From: Geobacteraceae bacterium | GTDB lineage: Bacteria; Desulfobacterota; Desulfuromonadia; Geobacterales; Geobacteraceae | Direction: 5' to 3' | Length of the DNA stretch: 31,967 nt | NCBI GenBank assembly: GCA_041481895.1 | Contig: JBGPCQ010000016.1 | Coordinates: 1-31,967, forward strand | Part shown: piece after piece, positions 1-8,494 of the stretch | Layout of the letters: the number at the start of each line of letters is the position of its first letter | Position numbering within the stretch: position 1 is the stretch's first letter | Notes under the pieces: model-generated | Told to the model about the DNA's origin: nothing | Seen by the model: only the letters and a program-made list of their open reading frames with translations | The model's database searches: none | Made by a program: the position numbers and the translations under genes

Positions 1-287
<287 letters not shown>

Positions 288-306
288 TTAGAGTATTCGG
301 ATATTC

Positions 307-759
307 CTATTTTTTCAACAAATCTTGGAGTTCCACCATGAACTCGCTTATATCCTTAAACGAACGGTAGACCGAGGCGAAGCGGACATAGGCGACCTCG
401 TCGATATCGTGAAGCTCGTTCATTACCCATTCGCCGATGACGGTGCTCGACACCTCCCGCTCGTTCCCTTCCTGAAGACGGGTCTCCAGCTTATCCACGA
501 ACCGCTCGACCGTCTCGACGGAAACCGGCCGCTTTTCGCACGCCTTCTGGATGCCCGCTATCACCTTCATCCTGTCGAAAGGTTCGCGGCGGCCGTCCTT
601 TTTCAGGACCAGCGGCAGGATCTCCTCGACCCGTTCATGGGTGGTGAAACGCTTGCCGCACGACTCGCATTCTCGCCGGCGACGGATGGCCGCTCCACCC
701 TTATCGGGACGCGAATCAACCACTTTACTGTCTTGAAATGAGCAGAACGGGCATTTCAT
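307..759 (-). CDS. nrdR: Transcriptional repressor NrdR (zinc ribbon + ATP-cone)
   Basis: 150 aa, [17 protein letters not shown]...[15 protein letters not shown] zinc ribbon followed by an ATP-cone. The start overlaps the upstream stop (ATGA at 756-759). Confidence 0.95.
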   Translation of the reverse strand: MKCPFCSFQDSKVVDSRPDKGGAAIRRRRECESCGKRFTTHERVEEILPLVLKKDGRREPFDRMKVIAGIQKACEKRPVSVETVERFVDKLETRLQEGNEREVSSTVIGEWVMNELHDIDEVAYVRFASVYRSFKDISEFMVELQDLLKK

Positions 760-1229
760 CCGGTGACCTCCGGGGTCTGCATCTCCCCGAACTTCTCTAT
801 GACGACTCCCGACTCCCGGACCATCTCGGCGGCCAGTTGATCGGAGTATCCCTCCTCGTAAACGACCCGCCTGATCCCGGCATTGATGATCATTTTCGAG
901 CAGATTATGCAGGGCATAGTCGTGCAGTAGAGGGTCGAGCCGTCGATATTCGTGCCGTGCTTGGCGGCCTGGATGATCGCATTCTGCTCGGCATGGAGAC
1001 CGCGGCAGAGCTCATGCCGCTCTCCCGAAGGTATGCCCATCTTTTCCCGCAGACAGCCGACGTCGAGACAGTGGGCAACGCCGGAGGGCGCACCGTTGTA
1101 GCCGGTAGCAAGGATGTTCTTGTCCTTCACCACCACGGCCCCCACCTGTCGTCTCAGGCAGGTGGAACGTTTGGCAACCAGGCGTGTTATCTCCATGAAA
1201 TATTCATCCCAGCCGGGACGGGGCATCAC
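756..1229 (-). CDS. Deoxycytidylate (dCMP) deaminase, CDA-fold zinc enzyme
   Basis: 157 aa with HAEQNAI and PCIICSKMI (HAE / PCxxC) motifs and the WDEYFM...A.RSTC N-terminus typical of ComEB/dCMP deaminases. Confidence 0.9.
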   Translation of the reverse strand: MMPRPGWDEYFMEITRLVAKRSTCLRRQVGAVVVKDKNILATGYNGAPSGVAHCLDVGCLREKMGIPSGERHELCRGLHAEQNAIIQAAKHGTNIDGSTLYCTTMPCIICSKMIINAGIRRVVYEEGYSDQLAAEMVRESGVVIEKFGEMQTPEVTG

Positions 1230-1354
1230 AACCCTCCATTTATCAGATTTCTGGTAAAATAACCGATACGGTGTACAAGGTCAAGAAGTTAGGCCGATTT
1301 CATATTTCAAGCCGATTTGTGCTGATCTTCAGCCAGTCACGAAAACCTTTGCAA

Positions 1355-1445
1355 CCGCAAAGCACGCAAGGAACGCGAAGAAAACCTGAAACGAAAGGGT
1401 TTAACCCCTGAAAAGATCCTTGCGTTTCCCTTGCGTCTTGAGCGA
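1355..1445. repeat. REP-like inverted-repeat element, purine-rich phased arms (family 2, copy 1)
   Basis: The arms cacgcaaggaacgcgaag (1363-1380) and ccttgcgtttcccttgcgtc (1418-1437) are imperfect reverse complements. The centre carries cgaaagggtttaa, which recurs in the element at 12829-12947. It lies in the 3' region of the GGQ gene. Confidence 0.65.
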
Positions 1446-1524
1446 CCGAAGGGAGCGGGCGGTCAAGGTCTTGATTCAAGACGTAGATTGCACTGTAGCT
1501 AAAGATTGACGTTAATCAGGTATT

Positions 1525-1851
1525 TCACTCCTCAGGGGAAGTGCGGAGCCTCTTTTTCTGCGACGTCATCTTCTTTTCCGTAAGCCGCTTCTCTTTGGTA
1601 CGATAAGGCACCTTCGTGGCGATCCTCTTTTTCGCTTTCCGTTCCCGTTTCTCCAGGGCCGCCTTGAGCCTCTCCATGGCAACCTCGCGGTTCCGCAACT
1701 GGGAACGGCTTTCGGAAGCCTGGGCAACTACGCCGGTCGGAATATGGCGGATCCGCACCGCCGAATCGGTCACGTTGCGGTGCTGCCCCCCCGGTCCGGA
1801 ACCCCGGTAGAATTCAACCCTTATGTCGGTATCCTTGATTTCTATTGTCAT
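1525..1851 (-). CDS. GGQ-domain peptidyl-tRNA hydrolase with basic C-terminal tail (ArfB-like / release-factor-like mini protein)
   Basis: 108 aa. It has [24 protein letters not shown] (class I RF domain 3 GGQ motif) followed by a Lys/Arg-rich tail ([36 protein letters not shown]). No codon-recognition domains are present. Confidence 0.8.
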   Translation of the reverse strand: MTIEIKDTDIRVEFYRGSGPGGQHRNVTDSAVRIRHIPTGVVAQASESRSQLRNREVAMERLKAALEKRERKAKKRIATKVPYRTKEKRLTEKKMTSQKKRLRTSPEE

Positions 1852-1928
1852 GATCCCGCTTTCCTTGAAGAGCCATGCTGTGTTAGACTTTAAGTAACAT
1901 AATTCCAGTATATACTACCCGTAAATTC

Positions 1929-2495
1929 ATGAAAGGTAAACGGATGAACGCAGTCAAGCTCCTGGAAAAATACTTTGCCGATGCGGATGCCCTGGCAATC
2001 ATCCTTGATCATAGCCGGCTCGTTGCCGCGAAAGCCCTCAGAATCGCTACTGCGCTGGGGCGCGCGGAACTGGACCGGCAGTTTATCGAGGAAGCGGCAC
2101 TGCTCCACGACATCGGGGTCTGCCGAACCGCGTCTCCCCGCCTCGGCTGCCATGGCGAAGAACCGTATATCCGGCACGGCATCATCGGCCGGGAGATTCT
2201 CGAAAGCGAAGGGCTCCCCCGCCATGCCCTGGTCTGCGAGCGGCACATCGGGGTCGGCCTGACGACCGAGGACATCCGGACCCAGGGCCTCCCCCTTCCC
2301 GAACGGGAGATGTCGCCGTTATCCCGTGAAGAACAGATTATCTCGTTTGCCGACCTGTTTTATTCCAAAAAACCGGGAGCAGTGCAGATCGAAAAATCAG
2401 CGGACGACGTGAGAAAGAATCTGGTTCAGTTCGGAGCAGACAAAGCCGGGATATTTGATGACTGGCTGCAGGAGTTCGATTGCCGCAACCGCTGA
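1929..2495 (+). CDS. HD/HDIG-domain metal-dependent phosphohydrolase
   Basis: 188 aa with the LLHDIG motif and downstream H...H..D pattern (RHGIIG, CERHIGVG). An alternative start is ATG 1944, preceded by aaagg. Confidence 0.8.
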   Translation: MKGKRMNAVKLLEKYFADADALAIILDHSRLVAAKALRIATALGRAELDRQFIEEAALLHDIGVCRTASPRLGCHGEEPYIRHGIIGREILESEGLPRHALVCERHIGVGLTTEDIRTQGLPLPEREMSPLSREEQIISFADLFYSKKPGAVQIEKSADDVRKNLVQFGADKAGIFDDWLQEFDCRNR

Positions 2496-2550
2496 GTATG
2501 ATATAGTTTCTACTGTTGATTATTCCGCTCACCTGGATTCGGAGTATATC

Positions 2551-4008
2551 ATGACGATACCGTCTGCGCTGGTGAAAATCTCCGGCACTGTCTGGGAGCT
2601 CCCCCGTTCGTACAAGGAGGGGATGCTGGTGCCGGCGCGCATTTACGCCACCGAAAAGCTCCTGAACGGGATGGATGCCGGGGTGTTCGACCAGGTCAGC
2701 AACGTTGCCTGTCTGCCGGGCATCATTAATTATGCCTACTGCATGCCCGACGGGCACTGGGGCTACGGCTTCCCCATCGGCGGGCTCGCGGCGATGGACC
2801 CGGAGGGAGGGGTAATCTCGCCGGGGGGCATCGGCTTCGACATCAATTGCGGGATGCGCCTGGTCCTCACCAACCTGACCCTGGAAGAGGTACAGCCCCG
2901 TCTTCGCACCCTCGTTGACCAGCTTTTTTACCGGGTCCCCGCCGGTGTGGGGTGCCACGGGTTCGTCAAACTCAATCACGACGAGTTCCGCAACGTGGCG
3001 GAACAGGGGTCCCGCTGGTGCCTGAAAAACGGCTACGCCTGGCCCGAGGACCTGGAAAAGACCGAGGAAGGGGGGTGTTTCCCCGGGGCGGACGCCGCGA
3101 AAGTCAGCGACCGGGCTGTCGAGCGGGGCTACAACCAGATCGGCACCCTTGGTTCGGGCAACCACTACCTGGAAATCCAGGTTGCCCGGCCCGAAAACAT
3201 TTTCGATGCGGAGACAGCGCGCTCCTTCGGCGTTACCCTCCCGAACCAGGTAGTTGTCATGTTCCACTGCGGCAGCCGTGGTTTCGGCCACCAGGTAGCG
3301 ACCGACTACCTGCAGACGTTCCTGAAAGTTATGGAGCGGAAGTACGGATTGAACGTTAGGGACCGGGAACTGGCCTGCGCCCCGTTCCGTTCCCGCGAAG
3401 GCCAGGACTATTTTGCCGCCATGAAATGCGCCGTCAACATGGCATTTGCCAACCGCCAGGTCATCCTCCACCGTGTTCGCGAGGTCTTTGCCGACGTATT
3501 CCATCGCGACCCGCACTACCTGGGGATGGACATGGTCTACGATGTCGCCCACAACACCGCTAAACTGGAAAGGCATGCGGTCCACGGAAAGGAGCGGGAA
3601 GTCCTCGTCCACCGCAAGGGATCGACCAGGGCCTTTGCCCCGGGCATGGAAGGGCTTCCCGAATGTTACCGGGAGACCGGGCAGCCGGTCATCATCGGCG
3701 GCAGCATGGAAACCGGCTCCTATCTTCTCGCCGGCCTTGCCACCGGCAGGGAAACATTTTACACCACCGCCCACGGCAGCGGGCGGGTCATGAGCCGTCA
3801 CCAGGCACGGAAACTTTTCCGCGGGGAGAAGCTGCAGCGGGATATGGAAGCGCGCGGCATCTATGTCCGGAGCGCTTCCCGGGGCGGGCTGGCTGAAGAA
3901 GCAGGGTCGGCATACAAGGACATCGACGATGTGGTGGAAGCGACCGAACTGGCCGGACTGAGCAAACGCGTGGTGCGTTTGACCCCGATCGGCAACATTA
4001 AGGGGTAA
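2551..4008 (+). CDS. rtcB: RNA 3'-phosphate/2',3'-cyclic phosphate ligase RtcB
   Basis: Hallmark RtcB blocks are present: CMPDGHWGYGFPIGG, GGIGFDINCG, GSGNHYLEIQ, HCGSRGFGHQ, AHGSGR. I place the start at ATG 2551 (ggag at 2541-2544) rather than the track start 2455, which overlaps the HD gene. Confidence 0.95.
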   Translation: MTIPSALVKISGTVWELPRSYKEGMLVPARIYATEKLLNGMDAGVFDQVSNVACLPGIINYAYCMPDGHWGYGFPIGGLAAMDPEGGVISPGGIGFDINCGMRLVLTNLTLEEVQPRLRTLVDQLFYRVPAGVGCHGFVKLNHDEFRNVAEQGSRWCLKNGYAWPEDLEKTEEGGCFPGADAAKVSDRAVERGYNQIGTLGSGNHYLEIQVARPENIFDAETARSFGVTLPNQVVVMFHCGSRGFGHQVATDYLQTFLKVMERKYGLNVRDRELACAPFRSREGQDYFAAMKCAVNMAFANRQVILHRVREVFADVFHRDPHYLGMDMVYDVAHNTAKLERHAVHGKEREVLVHRKGSTRAFAPGMEGLPECYRETGQPVIIGGSMETGSYLLAGLATGRETFYTTAHGSGRVMSRHQARKLFRGEKLQRDMEARGIYVRSASRGGLAEEAGSAYKDIDDVVEATELAGLSKRVVRLTPIGNIKG

Positions 4009-4014
4009 AAAAGG

Positions 4015-4090
4015 CAAGTATGAAGGATGAATTATGAAGGATGAAGGAATGACTTTTTTTTCATAATTCATACTTCATAATTCATACTTG
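4015..4090. repeat. Inverted array of heptamer (NNATGAA) tandem repeats forming a long imperfect hairpin
   Basis: The left arm is caagtatgaaggatgaattatgaaggatgaagg and the right arm is tcataattcatacttcataattcatacttg. The outer 10 bp are perfectly complementary (4015-4024 / 4081-4090). The T7 run sits in the loop, not after the stem. The element starts 7 nt after the rtcB stop. Confidence 0.75.
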
Positions 4091-4109
4091 ATTTCCAAGG
4101 GGGAAATTC

Positions 4110-5201
4110 ATGGCAAAAAAACTCTTCATCGCCGCCACCGGACAGAACTGCGGCAAGACGACCATGAGTGTGTCGTTGTTGCACCTCGCCCGCCGGAAGT
4201 ACGACCGGGTCGGCTTCATCAAGCCGATCGGCCCGAAGATCGAGATGTACGGCGACATGATGGTCGATATGGATGCGGTGCTGATGGCCAAGACCTACGG
4301 GCTGGAAGAAGATATCGCCCTGATGAGCCCCGTGCCGCTCCATAAAAACTTTACCCGCGACTACCTGAACGGCAAAATGACCTGCCGGGACCTGAAGCGG
4401 AAAATCATCGACGCTGTCAAGATACTTGAAGAGAAAAACGATTTCCTTATCATCGAAGGGGCCGGTCACGGCGGGGTGGGCTCAGTCGTCGGCCTCAGTA
4501 ATGCCTGCGTCGCCCACATTCTTGGCGCGCCGGTCATTATCGTCACCGACAGCGGTATCGGCAGTACCATCGATGCCGTCCATCTCAATCTGGCCCTCTA
4601 TGAAAAGGAAGAGGCTTCCGTGAAAATGGTCCTCGCCAACAAACTTATTGCCGACAAGCGCGAATCGGTGCTCGGATTCCTCAGGAAAGGGTTTCCCGGC
4701 CGGGACCTCCAGGTGACGGGTGGATTCAACTATTCGCCGATCCTGGCCAATCCGACCCTCAGCCATATCTCCAATCTCCTCGATCTCCCCCTCCATGGCG
4801 ACCCGGAAGGGCGGAGCCGCATCATTCACCACATCCAGCTGGGCGCCGCTTCTTCCCAGCGGGTGGTGGACTCCCTCGCGGCATCCAGTCTCATGGTACT
4901 GACCAGTTCCCGGGACGAACTGATAGTCACCCTCTCCTCTCTCTACCATATCCCCGCCTACCGGGAGAAAATTGTCGGCCTGGTCATTGCCGGCCATGTA
5001 CCGATTTCGGAAATCACGCAGCAGATTCTTGATGACAGCAACATTCCCTACATCCGCTTCCACGAAACCACCGCCAGCGTATTCACTACCATCATGGACG
5101 ACGTGGCGAAGATCACGGTCGAAGACCAGGAAAAGATCAACTGGATCAAGGCGAATGCGGAAAAAGAGATTGACTTCGAAGCCATCGATGCCCTGCTCTG
5201 A
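4110..5201 (+). CDS. P-loop NTPase (BioD/CobQ-like, Pta N-terminal type) fused to a DRTGG domain
   Basis: 363 aa with Walker A TGQNCGKTT near the N-terminus and IIEGAGHGG. The C-terminal half resembles the DRTGG regulatory domain found in the N-terminal part of E. coli Pta. The SD aaggggg lies 8 nt upstream. Confidence 0.75.
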   Translation: MAKKLFIAATGQNCGKTTMSVSLLHLARRKYDRVGFIKPIGPKIEMYGDMMVDMDAVLMAKTYGLEEDIALMSPVPLHKNFTRDYLNGKMTCRDLKRKIIDAVKILEEKNDFLIIEGAGHGGVGSVVGLSNACVAHILGAPVIIVTDSGIGSTIDAVHLNLALYEKEEASVKMVLANKLIADKRESVLGFLRKGFPGRDLQVTGGFNYSPILANPTLSHISNLLDLPLHGDPEGRSRIIHHIQLGAASSQRVVDSLAASSLMVLTSSRDELIVTLSSLYHIPAYREKIVGLVIAGHVPISEITQQILDDSNIPYIRFHETTASVFTTIMDDVAKITVEDQEKINWIKANAEKEIDFEAIDALL

Positions 5202-5226
5202 AGCAGGTAGTGATGGAGCGGGAGAT

Positions 5227-5658
5227 ATGCCCTACCGTTATCTGGAAGATATCGCCATCGCCGATGTGGCCTTCGAAGCATGGGGCGCCACCCGGGAAGA
5301 GCTGTTCAGCGCCGCCGCCGATGCGCTCATGAATGTCATGGTGGAAGACCTGACAGCCATCCGCAGGGTAGCGGAACTGACGGTCAGTCTTGAAGACAGC
5401 GACCTGGAATTCCTGCTGTTCAATTTCCTCAATGAACTGGTTTTTTACAAGGATTCCCGGCGCCTGCTGCTGCGGGTCTCCTCCCTCGCCATTACCCTTC
5501 AGGGCGACCTGTTCTCACTGCAGGCATCCCTCTACGGCGAAGAAGCTGACCGGTTGCGACCATCTTTAAACGCCGACGTGAAAGCCGTCACCATGCACCG
5601 CTTCAAGGTCGAACAGACAGAGAAGGGGTGGAGAGCGTCGGTAGTGCTCGACATTTGA
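5227..5658 (+). CDS. Archease (RtcB activator)
   Basis: 143 aa starting at ATG 5227 (ggag upstream). It has an N-terminal YxxLEDIAIADVAFEAWG block (archease xHTADxxxxaxG-type motif) and a C-terminal KAVTMHRFKV...W.ASVVLDI end typical of archeases. It shares an operon with rtcB. Confidence 0.85.
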   Translation: MPYRYLEDIAIADVAFEAWGATREELFSAAADALMNVMVEDLTAIRRVAELTVSLEDSDLEFLLFNFLNELVFYKDSRRLLLRVSSLAITLQGDLFSLQASLYGEEADRLRPSLNADVKAVTMHRFKVEQTEKGWRASVVLDI

Positions 5659-5694
5659 GAATCCAGCCAGAATAAAGCTTGTATCCATGAATTA

Positions 5695-8220
5695 TCAGAG
5701 ATCCTCCACCGCCTGGCGCGCCCTTCCGACAATCTCCGCGGGGGTCTCGCTGCGAAAACGGAGCGGGCTCCCGAAAGTCACCGTCACCTTTCCCCTCTGC
5801 GGCCAGATAGCGCCGCGCGGCAGGACCCGCTCCAGACCGTCGATCCTGACCGGCACAACAGGGACCCTCAGCTCGCTCACCATGATCCCCAGTCCCAGCT
5901 TGAACGGAAGCATCCTGCCGTCCCGCGACCGCTCCCCTTCCGGGAAAATGAGAATATTTATGCCGTGATCGGCCAGCCTCCCCATGAACCGCAGAGCGCC
6001 GCGGAACCCTCCTGACTGGGGGAGGGGGAAGATATTGGCCAGCCACGTGCACAGCTCATACGCGAGCCTTTTCCATAACCGCTGATAGACATTTTTGAAA
6101 TTCCGGAAAAAGAACTCTTCCCATGCTGCCGTGGCGGTCCGGTAGCGGATCTGCCGGGGGAGCGCAAACATGACGGCGGGCTGATCGAAATAACTGTTGT
6201 GGTTGGCCACGAAAAAAACCGGCCCGTCGAGCGCTGCCAGATGCTCCGTCCCATGCGCCTCAAGGGTGACGAAACAGCGGAGCAGAGGATAGGTGAAGAT
6301 AAAATCCGAGAACTTTCGTATTCCCCTGACGATCGCAGAATTGGTCCAGAACCTGAAATGTTCGTGGGCTTCGATTTTCTCACGCTTTTCTATAACCCGG
6401 CGCAGTTCGCCGACAGTCGTCTGCGGCCCGATGAGTGAATCTTCCAGGTCGAGACGGTATTCCTGCTCGATATAATTGATCAGCTCCAGCCGTGCTATCG
6501 ATGTGAGCCCCAGGTCGGCCACGAGTCGCGATGCCTCGCTGATCTCCACTGCCGGTGAACCGGTGATCCGCGCAATGAGGTTTATGAGCCTGTCGCCGGA
6601 AACACCTGCCCCCGTCTGCTCCCGCCCTTTTTTGACCTGTTCCTTGACCATGAATTTTCTGATCTTCAGCGTGGTGGTCTTGGGGAATTCAGGTTCGGGC
6701 CAGAGGGAGCAGCCGGTAATCTGGTGGAGTGAATCGAGGCGGCTGTTCGCCTCCCGGATGATATCATCGGGCGAAGTTCCACTCCCGTCGAGCAGGAGTA
6801 CGGCATGCACCTCCTCCCCCCCTCCCCGGTCGAGCCCGATAACGCACGCTTCCCTGACCCCGGCTGTTCTGCCGAGTACCGCCTCCAGTTCGTCGGGATA
6901 GACATTTATCCCGGCCCCGGTGACGATGAGTTCCTTGGCTCTCCCCTTTATGGTCAGCCAGCCGTCAGTCCCGATTTCTCCCAGATCGCCGGTCCTGAAC
7001 CAGCCGTCTCCCGTAAAGGCCTCACGGGTAGCGCTGTCGTTCCGATAGTAACCGGGAAAGATGTTTTCTCCCCTGACGACTATTTCACCCTGGACTATTT
7101 TAACTTCAACTCCCGGGAGAGGTCTGCCGACCGAACCGACGGCCTGACGCTCCAGAGAATTTGCGGTCAGGACCGGCGCGCACTCCGTCAGTCCGTATCC
7201 TTCGATGACCCTGAACCCCAGGGTGTCCCAGAACCTGTGGACATCCTTGTCCAGGGGAGCGCCGCCGGAAACGAACAGGGTGAAATGCGTGCCGAATTTC
7301 CGCTGCACCGGATAAAAAAGGAGCTTGCGCCCCCGGCGGGAGAGCTTTCCGGCAACCGGCATGAGGCGCTGAAACAGTTTGTCCAGGTGTTTCTCCTCAA
7401 GTTCCCGCTCAATCGAGGTTTTGAGCAGCTGTAACAGACGGGGAACGGCGATGACCGCATAGATATCCTCCTCGGACAAGGCCTCCATGATGGCTGAAGG
7501 CTTGAGGGTCCTGAGGCAGACAATGGCCGCCCCCTGGTAGAGCGGCGTGAAAAAACCGCCCATCTGTTCGAACATGTGGGAGAGGGGAAGCAGGGAGAGG
7601 AAGTTGAAGTCCCGGGTAACAACCGGGATATGCCGGTTCACCTGGAGGAGATTGGCGATAAGGTTTGCATGGGTGAGAATCACCCCCTTGGGATTGCCGG
7701 TAGTGCCGGAGGTGTAGATCAACTGGGCAATATCCCGCTGATCCGGCTGCGTGATGGCGGCGAGCGGCTCGAGACCGGGCAGCAGGTACTCAAGGTCTTC
7801 CATCAGGATAGAGGGAGGCCCGGTCACCAGGTCCAGCTTGAACCTGCTCTGAATGACAAGTTTTGCTTCCGTAAGAGTGCAAATGCTTTCAGCGCGCTCG
7901 CGGTCGGACATGAAATCCACCGGGACGGCCACAGCGCCGCGGGCAATGATGCCCCAGAAGGCCACGGCCCACCAGGGGCTGTTGGGCCCCCAGATGAGAA
8001 CTCTGTCCCCTTTTTCGACCCTGTTGTCCGCCAGCCAGCGGTTCATTTTCAGGGAAAGGGCGTAGAGCTGGCCATAGGTCAACGGAAATCTGCGCACACC
8101 GGTACGGTGCACAAACGCCACCTTGTTCCCATGCGCCCTGAAACTTTCCAGCAGATCGACCAACGTTTCCATAGCGTTCCGTGCCCTCGTGCAGATACCA
8201 CTGCCGATAACGGCAGACAT
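5695..8220 (-). CDS. Tri-domain fusion: acyl-AMP/acyl-CoA ligase - carrier protein (ACP-like) - PlsC-type lysophospholipid acyltransferase
   Basis: AMP-binding motifs YTSGTTGNPKGV, GYGLTE and TGDLG are present. A carrier-domain serine motif follows (DLGLTSIARLEL), then the acyltransferase HX4D motif (ANHNSYFDQP) and FPEGERS. The track start 8223 is a TTG. ATG 8220 or ATG 8172 (METLVDLL) are alternatives. Confidence 0.85.
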   Translation of the reverse strand: MSAVIGSGICTRARNAMETLVDLLESFRAHGNKVAFVHRTGVRRFPLTYGQLYALSLKMNRWLADNRVEKGDRVLIWGPNSPWWAVAFWGIIARGAVAVPVDFMSDRERAESICTLTEAKLVIQSRFKLDLVTGPPSILMEDLEYLLPGLEPLAAITQPDQRDIAQLIYTSGTTGNPKGVILTHANLIANLLQVNRHIPVVTRDFNFLSLLPLSHMFEQMGGFFTPLYQGAAIVCLRTLKPSAIMEALSEEDIYAVIAVPRLLQLLKTSIERELEEKHLDKLFQRLMPVAGKLSRRGRKLLFYPVQRKFGTHFTLFVSGGAPLDKDVHRFWDTLGFRVIEGYGLTECAPVLTANSLERQAVGSVGRPLPGVEVKIVQGEIVVRGENIFPGYYRNDSATREAFTGDGWFRTGDLGEIGTDGWLTIKGRAKELIVTGAGINVYPDELEAVLGRTAGVREACVIGLDRGGGEEVHAVLLLDGSGTSPDDIIREANSRLDSLHQITGCSLWPEPEFPKTTTLKIRKFMVKEQVKKGREQTGAGVSGDRLINLIARITGSPAVEISEASRLVADLGLTSIARLELINYIEQEYRLDLEDSLIGPQTTVGELRRVIEKREKIEAHEHFRFWTNSAIVRGIRKFSDFIFTYPLLRCFVTLEAHGTEHLAALDGPVFFVANHNSYFDQPAVMFALPRQIRYRTATAAWEEFFFRNFKNVYQRLWKRLAYELCTWLANIFPLPQSGGFRGALRFMGRLADHGINILIFPEGERSRDGRMLPFKLGLGIMVSELRVPVVPVRIDGLERVLPRGAIWPQRGKVTVTFGSPLRFRSETPAEIVGRARQAVEDL

Positions 8221-8262
8221 CAAGGTATCATTACCTTTTTTTGGTTATAGTTCCGAAATTTA

Positions 8263-8291
8263 TTGCCTTACCGGCTCCCGTCAGAGTATAT
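8263..8291 (+). promoter_or_regulatory. Possible sigma70-type promoter upstream of repeat copy A
   Basis: TTGCCT - 17 nt - GTATAT. The predicted TSS is about 8298, which places the whole repeat in the 5' leader of the EndoQ-like gene. Confidence 0.25.
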
Positions 8292-8314
8292 CATGTACAG
8301 CCAACATTCGTACC

Positions 8315-8494
8315 TAGTTTCCATCCAGAAACTCCGGATGGAAAACTAACAGTTTCCGATTAGGAAAGGAGGGATTTTTTGTTCTGGCAAGGAAATCAAG
8401 GGATTGCGCGGAGGCGTACGACTGTACGCCGCACAAGTAAGCCCGCAGATTGACACCGCCAGGGCGAAAAAGCACCCTTTCCGAATGGAAACTA
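8315..8494 (+). repeat. Structured ~180-nt repeat, family 1, copy A (candidate leader RNA or MITE)
   Basis: It aligns end to end with 19994-20177. It has terminal inverted repeats TAGTTTCCATCCAGAAA / TTTCCGAATGGAAACTA and internal hairpins. The core GGGATTGCGCGGAGGCGTAC-gact-GTACGCCGCACAAG is at 8400-8444. Confidence 0.9.

Noticed and set aside
2455-2550. N-terminal extension of RtcB given by the ORF track
   Set aside because: It overlaps the 3' end of the HD gene and lacks an SD. ATG 2551 has ggag upstream and gives the conserved RtcB N-terminus.
2338-4071. 577-aa minus-strand ORF
   Set aside because: It is the antisense shadow of rtcB in GC-rich DNA. The sequence is low-complexity and Ala/Gly/Pro/Arg-rich with no recognisable domain, whereas the plus-strand frame carries every RtcB hallmark.
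4021-4071. Mini-ORFs inside the heptamer hairpin (e.g. ATG AAG GAT GAA TTA TGA = MKDEL)
   Set aside because: They are a by-product of the repeated ATGAA word. They have no SD and lie within a hairpin, so they are treated as non-coding.
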